A stretch of DNA of 64,000 nucleotides from Dehalococcoidia bacterium (GTDB lineage: Bacteria; Chloroflexota; Dehalococcoidia; SM23-28-2; RBG-16-64-32), in contig OY762959.1 of NCBI GenBank assembly GCA_963667205.1, positions 680,857 to 744,856 on the forward strand, in the 5' to 3' direction. The notes under the pieces were generated by a model. The model was not told the origin of the DNA. It saw only the letters and a program-made list of their open reading frames with translations, and ran no database searches. The first letter of the stretch is position 1, and the number at the start of each line of letters is the position of its first letter. Below, piece by piece: positions 59,340-64,000 of this stretch. The position numbers and the translations under genes were made by a program.

Positions 59340-60407
59340 ATGCTGAGGTACGACATGGACGGGCTGCCCCCGATCAAAGTGGTGGGCATCGGTGGGGGCG
59401 GTTGCAACGCCGTCGACCGCATGATCGAGGCCCGGATCGGCGGGGTTGAGTTCGTCGGTGTGAACACGGACCAGCAGGCGCTGGGTCGCTGCTCCGCCGA
59501 CGTCCAGATCCGCATCGGCGAGCAGGTGACGAAGGGGCTCGGCGCGGGCAGCGACCCGGACAAGGGCCGCGACGCCGCCGACGAGTCCCGCGACGAGCTG
59601 AAGGACGCCTTGGGCGGCGCGGAGATGGTGTTCATCACTGCCGGCATGGGCGGCGGCACAGGCACCGGCGCGGCGCCGGTCGTTGCGCAGGTCGCTCAGA
59701 GCGTCGGCGCACTGACGGTCGGCGTCGTCACGAAGCCGTTCTCCTTCGAGGGCGCCAAGCGCCGTGAGCAGGCCCAACGCGGCCTCGATGCGCTCAAGTC
59801 CGAGGTCGATACTCTGATCGTGATCCCGAACGACCGCCTGCTGGCCGTCTGCGACCAGACGACGACGATCGCCGAGTCGTTCCGGATGGCGGACGACGTG
59901 TTGCGGCAGGGGGTCCAGGGGCTCTCCGAGCTGATCACGACGCCGGGCGACATCAACCTGGACTTCGCCGACGTGCGCCGCATCATGGCCAGCGCCGGGC
60001 AGGCCCTGATGGCGATCGGCGTTTCGACGGGCGACAACCGCGCCGTCGAGGCCGCGCAGGCCGCGATCGAGAGCCCGCTGCTGGACGTGAACATCCACGG
60101 GGCGACGGGAGTTCTCTTCAACGTAGCGAGCGCCGGTACGCTGGGGCTGCACGAGCTGAACATGGCCGCGCAGGTGATCGCGGAAGTGGTCGACCCGGGC
60201 GCGGAGATCATCTTCGGATCGTCGACTGACCCGGATCTGGGCGAAGAGGTGAAGATCACGCTGATCGCCGTCGGCTTCTCGCCGGAGCGCACGCAGGAGC
60301 AGGAGTACGAGGACGAGGAGTACAAGCGGCTGCGCACGGAGGCGATGGACAACAAGGATGACACCGACCTGCCTACGTTTCTACGGAGGCCCGCATCGAT
60401 TAGATAA
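59340..60407 (+). CDS. ftsZ: Cell division GTPase FtsZ
   Basis: ..[17 protein letters not shown].., tubulin signature [15 protein letters not shown]-terminal ..DLPTFLRR peptide. Confidence 0.95.
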   Translation: MLRYDMDGLPPIKVVGIGGGGCNAVDRMIEARIGGVEFVGVNTDQQALGRCSADVQIRIGEQVTKGLGAGSDPDKGRDAADESRDELKDALGGAEMVFITAGMGGGTGTGAAPVVAQVAQSVGALTVGVVTKPFSFEGAKRREQAQRGLDALKSEVDTLIVIPNDRLLAVCDQTTTIAESFRMADDVLRQGVQGLSELITTPGDINLDFADVRRIMASAGQALMAIGVSTGDNRAVEAAQAAIESPLLDVNIHGATGVLFNVASAGTLGLHELNMAAQVIAEVVDPGAEIIFGSSTDPDLGEEVKITLIAVGFSPERTQEQEYEDEEYKRLRTEAMDNKDDTDLPTFLRRPASIR

Positions 60408-60470
60408 CTAACCTCATTCTGATGGGAGGGCGGCCACACCCCCCGGCCACTGTCCATCCCCCGCACGACT

Positions 60471-60555
60471 GTCCGCCTGACCTTCACAGGCGGACTAGCA
60501 CCGCAGGGCCGTCTGTACACCCTCCCCCACAGACGCCCCTGCGGTGCTCCTTTAT
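60471..60555 (+). terminator. Tandem/nested GC-rich hairpins downstream of ftsZ (putative intrinsic terminator)
   Basis: Hairpin 1: GTCCGCCTG-accttca-CAGGCGGAC (60471-60495). Hairpin 2: CACCGCAGGG...CCCTGCGGTG (60499-60546) with inner stem CGTCTGT/ACAGACG, followed by CTCCTTTATT. Confidence 0.5.
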
Positions 60556-60612
60556 TCAGCGCGGGCCGTTCGGCACTCAACGGGCCTCAGGCACTGCGGT
60601 AACCTGTCTCCG

Positions 60613-61128
60613 ATGCCGAGCCGTACGTCAATCGTCGTCCGCGATATCTTCTACTCCGGCGGCCGCCCAACGCGCGCCGGCCGGGTGGCCAACCGGATTA
60701 TGTGCTGGTGGTCGGCCGTGGGCCTGCCGCCGGCGATCCAGGCCTCGTTGGAGACGCGCGGACGTCACTCCTGGGCGACCCGGACCGGCCCCGTCGTCGT
60801 CGCCACTGTCGACGGCGAACGCTACCTGGTTTCGATGCCTGGCCCGCAGTCCGAGTGGGTGCTGAACGTGCAGGCGAACGACTGCAAGGCCCGGCTCAGG
60901 CGCGGCCGCCGCGAACGAATTCGCCTCGCCGGAGTACCGGCGGAAGAGCGCGCGCCCGTCCCGCGCGAGTACGTTCACATCGCCCCGGGAGGCCGCCGCC
61001 ACTTCCCGCTCGAAGCCGGGGCGACGCTGGCCGAGTTCGAATCGATCGCCGGCGCTATCCGGTCTTTCGCATCGAGTCGCGCTAGAGCCTCGCAGCCGGC
61101 AGCGAATTGTGCGTCTCCTGTGCACTGA
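60613..61128 (+). CDS. Putative deazaflavin (F420)-dependent nitroreductase-family protein (Ddn/DUF385-like)
   Basis: ATG at 60613 (MPSRTSIVV..). ..RGRHSWATRTGPVVVATVDGERYLVSMPGPQSEWVLNVQAN.. resembles the Ddn-family core. Assignment is tentative. Confidence 0.45.
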   Translation: MPSRTSIVVRDIFYSGGRPTRAGRVANRIMCWWSAVGLPPAIQASLETRGRHSWATRTGPVVVATVDGERYLVSMPGPQSEWVLNVQANDCKARLRRGRRERIRLAGVPAEERAPVPREYVHIAPGGRRHFPLEAGATLAEFESIAGAIRSFASSRARASQPAANCASPVH

Positions 61129-61355
61129 TTGTGGATTCGCCGCACGCCGGGTGTGGATTGCATTGTTTACAACTTTCTACGAGATGTTGTGACAAAACCA
61201 CTTGACAACCCCAAGATGTAGTAGCAAAATGGTATTGCGCTCTCGGACTTCCGGGGGCGCGAACCGATTTCTAAGAGACATCTCATGTTCTGTAAAGTGA
61301 CGCTTCCCGCTCGCCGCTCACTAACCACTGTCCGCTGTTCACTACCCACTATCCA

Positions 61356-61988
61356 ATGAACTGCCCTTTCTGCTCGCACCCCGACACCAAGGTCACCGAC
61401 TCCCGGCCGGAGATCGGCGCCATAAGACGGCGCCGCGAATGCCTGGAGGAGTCCGGTGGCTGCGGCCGCCGCTTCTCGACGCTCGAACGCGTGGAGCTGG
61501 CGGGCGTGTCGCTGGTCAAGAAGGACGGCCTGCGGGAGGAGTTCGACCGCGGGAAGATTATCGCCGGCGTGCGCAAGGCGTGCGAGAAGCGGCCGATCCT
61601 CTCGGGGGCGATCGAGGCTCTGGCGGACGACGTCGAGAAGCAGGTCTACGCGCAGGCGAAGGCGGAGATACCGTCGAGCTTCGTGGGCGAGCTTGTGATG
61701 GAGCGCCTGCGCGCGCTGGACCACATCGCCTACATCCGCTTCGCCTCGGTCTACCGGGCGTTCGCGGACGTGGACGAGCTGGCGGAGGAGCTGGACGCGC
61801 TCAAGGCCGGCTGGAGCCGCCCGGACGTGCCGCCGGACCAGCTGCCGATGCTGCCGGAGGTGGCGACGTCCGCCGGGCCGGCGAAGAAGCGCCGCCGCCG
61901 TCGCCGTCGGGGCGAGAGCCAGCAGGTAGTGGCGTTCCCGGAAGGCCAGGACAAGACGCAGGAGCGGAGGAAGGCTGAGGGGAGGTGA
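61356..61988 (+). CDS. nrdR: Transcriptional repressor NrdR (with about 55-aa basic C-terminal extension)
   Basis: MNCPFCSHPDTKVTDSRP..RRRECLE..CGRRFSTLERVE Zn-ribbon plus ATP-cone. The tail ends ..AKKRRRRRRRGESQ... Confidence 0.9.
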   Translation: MNCPFCSHPDTKVTDSRPEIGAIRRRRECLEESGGCGRRFSTLERVELAGVSLVKKDGLREEFDRGKIIAGVRKACEKRPILSGAIEALADDVEKQVYAQAKAEIPSSFVGELVMERLRALDHIAYIRFASVYRAFADVDELAEELDALKAGWSRPDVPPDQLPMLPEVATSAGPAKKRRRRRRRGESQQVVAFPEGQDKTQERRKAEGR

Positions 61989-61990
61989 CG

Positions 61991-62224
61991 ATGACGGCAA
62001 AGAGAGTGACCTACCGAGTCGATCCAGATGGCGACCGGTGGAAGGTCGTGAAGCGGGGTGCCTCGCGCGCGTCGGCCAAATTCGACAATAAGGCAGATGC
62101 AGTCAGGCGCGGGCGCGAACTCGCCAAGCAGCAGGAAAAAGGCCAACTGATTATCAAGAAGCAAAACGGCAGGATTCAGACCGAGTACACGTACGGCAAC
62201 GACCCGTTCCCGCCGCGCGGCTAA
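61991..62224 (+). CDS. DUF2188-like small protein
   Basis: MTAKRVTYRVDPDGDRWKVVKRGASRASAKFDNKADAVRRGRELAKQQEKGQLIIKKQNGRIQTEYTYGNDPFPPRG matches the pattern of DUF2188 small proteins. Confidence 0.5.
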   Translation: MTAKRVTYRVDPDGDRWKVVKRGASRASAKFDNKADAVRRGRELAKQQEKGQLIIKKQNGRIQTEYTYGNDPFPPRG

Positions 62225-62239
62225 CCGGGAGGCACAGCG

Positions 62240-62440
62240 ATGAAGCGATACCGCGTGATGTACCGGGCGACTGTGAGCGCCGAGAACGAGGCGGCGCGCA
62301 CGGAAGAGGTGGAGGCCGACGGCTGGCGAGTGGACACCGACAAAGTGGTGCTCTACCAGTCCGCCGCTGCAGGCGCCGAAGAGACGCCGGTCTTTGACGT
62401 GCCGAAGTCGCGAGTGATGAGAATCCAGGAGATCCGCTAG
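62240..62440 (+). CDS. Small hypothetical protein
   Basis: 66-aa ORF with RBS GGGAGG upstream. No domain. Confidence 0.35.
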   Translation: MKRYRVMYRATVSAENEAARTEEVEADGWRVDTDKVVLYQSAAAGAEETPVFDVPKSRVMRIQEIR

Positions 62441-62508
62441 ACCAGCCACCGCACGCTGAAACCCGCAACCAGACAAACGCCGGGGCAACGACGAACGAGA
62501 GGGGACAC

Positions 62509-64000
62509 ATGACGCTCGCGCCTGATAAGCCGACGACGACGGGCCAAAAGGCCAGCAAGCCGAATACCGTACACAACGCAGAGGCCAGCCTGCCGGTCAC
62601 CCGCTACTTCACGAAGCCGGAGACCGACCCGTACGACGAAATCGCCTGGGAGATCCGCTCCGCCGTTATCGAAGGCCAGGGCGGCGCGACCGTCTTCGAA
62701 CAACACGAGATCGAGTTCCCCGAAACGTGGACGCAGAACGCGACCAACGTCGTCGCCTCGAAGTATTTCCGCGGGCCGCTCATCCCGACCGACGGGATGG
62801 TGCGCGAGAACTCCGTCAAGCAACTCATCGACCGCGTGGTGAACGCGATCAGCGGCTGGGGCTGGGACGACGGCTACTTTGCCTCCGAAGACGAGCGCGA
62901 CACGTTCCACGCCGAGCTGAAGTTCGCGCTGGTCAACCAGTACCTCTGCTTCAACTCGCCCGTCTGGTTCAACGTCGGCGTCGAGGAGAAGCCGCAGTGC
63001 TCGGCCTGCTTCATCCTCTCGATCGACGACTCCATCGACTCGATCCTCGACTGGTACCGGACGGAGGGCAAGATCTTCAAAGGCGGCTCCGGCTCCGGGA
63101 TCAACCTCTCGACGCTGCGCAGCTCCAGCGAGCACGTGACGGCGGGCGGACTGGCCTCCGGGCCGGTCTCCTTCATGCGCGGCGCCGACTCCGTCGCCGG
63201 CACGATCAAGTCCGGCGGCAAGACGCGGCGGGCGGCGAAGATGGTCGTGCTCAACGCCGATCATCCGGACATCGTCGAGTTCGTGGAGTCGAAGTCCAAG
63301 GAAGAGAAGAAGGCCTACGCGCTGGGCGAGGCCGGCTACGACATGTCGCTGGACGGCGACGCCTGGATCAGCATCCAGTTCCAGAACGCCAACAACTCCG
63401 TGCGTGTGACCGATGAGTTCATGCAGGCGGTGCTGGACGGCGGCAAGTGGCAGACACGCTACGTGCACAAAGAAGGCGTGGCCGAGGAGATGGACGCCCG
63501 CGGGCTGATGCGCAAGATCGCGCAGGCAGCCTGGGAGTGCGCCGACCCGGGCATGCAGTACGACACGACGATCAACGACTGGCACACCTGCCCGAAGACG
63601 GGTCCGATCACGGCCTCCAATCCGTGCTCCGAGTACATGCACATCGACGACAGCGCCTGCAACCTGGCCTCGATCAACCTGCTCAAGTTCCTGGGCGAAG
63701 ATGGCAGCTTCGACGTCCAGTCTTACCGGCGGGTGGTGGCTCTGAGCATCATGGCGCAGGAGATCATCGTCGGAAACTCCAGCTACCCCACGGAGAAGAT
63801 CGCCGAGAACGCGGCCGACTTCCGCCAGCTTGGGCTGGGCTACTCGAACCTTGGCGCGCTGCTGATGTGCCTGGGCGTGCCGTACGACTCGGAAGAGGGC
63901 CGGGCGTGGGCGGGCTCGCTGACGGCGGTGATGACGGGCGAGGCCTACGCCACATCAGCACGCATCGCCTCGCGGATGGGGCCGTTCGCGGGCTACGAGA
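62509..64000 (+). CDS. nrdJ: Adenosylcobalamin-dependent ribonucleotide reductase (class II, NrdJ), 5' partial (runs past the window end)
   Basis: ATG at 62509 after GAGAGGGGA. ..NATNVVASKYFRG.., ..CFNSPVWFNVG.., ..SNPCSEYMHIDDSACNLASINLLKF.. Not in the ORF track because there is no stop in the window. The antisense 401-aa ORF 62437..63642 is spurious. Confidence 0.85.
   Translation, partial: MTLAPDKPTTTGQKASKPNTVHNAEASLPVTRYFTKPETDPYDEIAWEIRSAVIEGQGGATVFEQHEIEFPETWTQNATNVVASKYFRGPLIPTDGMVRENSVKQLIDRVVNAISGWGWDDGYFASEDERDTFHAELKFALVNQYLCFNSPVWFNVGVEEKPQCSACFILSIDDSIDSILDWYRTEGKIFKGGSGSGINLSTLRSSSEHVTAGGLASGPVSFMRGADSVAGTIKSGGKTRRAAKMVVLNADHPDIVEFVESKSKEEKKAYALGEAGYDMSLDGDAWISIQFQNANNSVRVTDEFMQAVLDGGKWQTRYVHKEGVAEEMDARGLMRKIAQAAWECADPGMQYDTTINDWHTCPKTGPITASNPCSEYMHIDDSACNLASINLLKFLGEDGSFDVQSYRRVVALSIMAQEIIVGNSSYPTEKIAENAADFRQLGLGYSNLGALLMCLGVPYDSEEGRAWAGSLTAVMTGEAYATSARIASRMGPFAGYE

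Noticed and set aside
57863-59665. 600-aa minus-strand ORF
   Set aside because: Antisense to ftsA and ftsZ.
62437-63642. 401-aa minus-strand ORF
   Set aside because: Antisense to nrdJ, which is unmistakable on the plus strand but is not in the ORF track because it has no stop within the window.

Overview
This window is about 64 kb of a high-GC (roughly 68-70%) bacterial chromosome; RBS GGAGG and GTG/TTG starts are common. Content falls into four parts. (1) 0-18 kb is an accessory, secretome-rich stretch: TolB-like PD40 and YVTN beta-propeller lipoproteins, a DevCA-like ABC exporter, a YkwD-type CAP protein, a subtilase, a decayed CSLREA-domain gene, an LPxxR-pentapeptide membrane protein, a cupredoxin, and a low-GC gene flanked by duplicated fragments of a neighbouring phosphoesterase gene. 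(2) 18-25.6 kb is housekeeping: ECF sigma, gap, arsR-czcD, ffh-rpsP-KH-rimM, tRNA-Ala. (3) 25.69-32.54 kb is a decayed integrative element of about 6.8 kb inserted in tRNA-Arg(CCT). It has a 42-bp direct repeat of the tRNA 5' half, tandem GTGGCTGTCA arm-type repeats at both ends, int and xis next to the reconstituted tRNA, remnants of a second integrase and of an IS transposase, and two ORFs carrying in-frame TAG codons. (4) 32.5-64 kb is mostly core: SDR, patatin, priA, rplS, trmD, mog, a complete dcw cluster mraZ-rsmH-ftsL-ftsI-murF-mraY-murD-ftsW-murG-murC-murB-ddl-ftsQ-ftsA-ftsZ, and nrdR...nrdJ. The most notable recurring signal is a roughly 87-aa C-terminal cysteine-containing dockerin-like double repeat on at least five unrelated secreted proteins. 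One of these sits between trmD and rplS. Indels and frameshifts are abundant but confined to accessory secreted-protein genes, while core genes are intact. No CRISPR array or rRNA was found.
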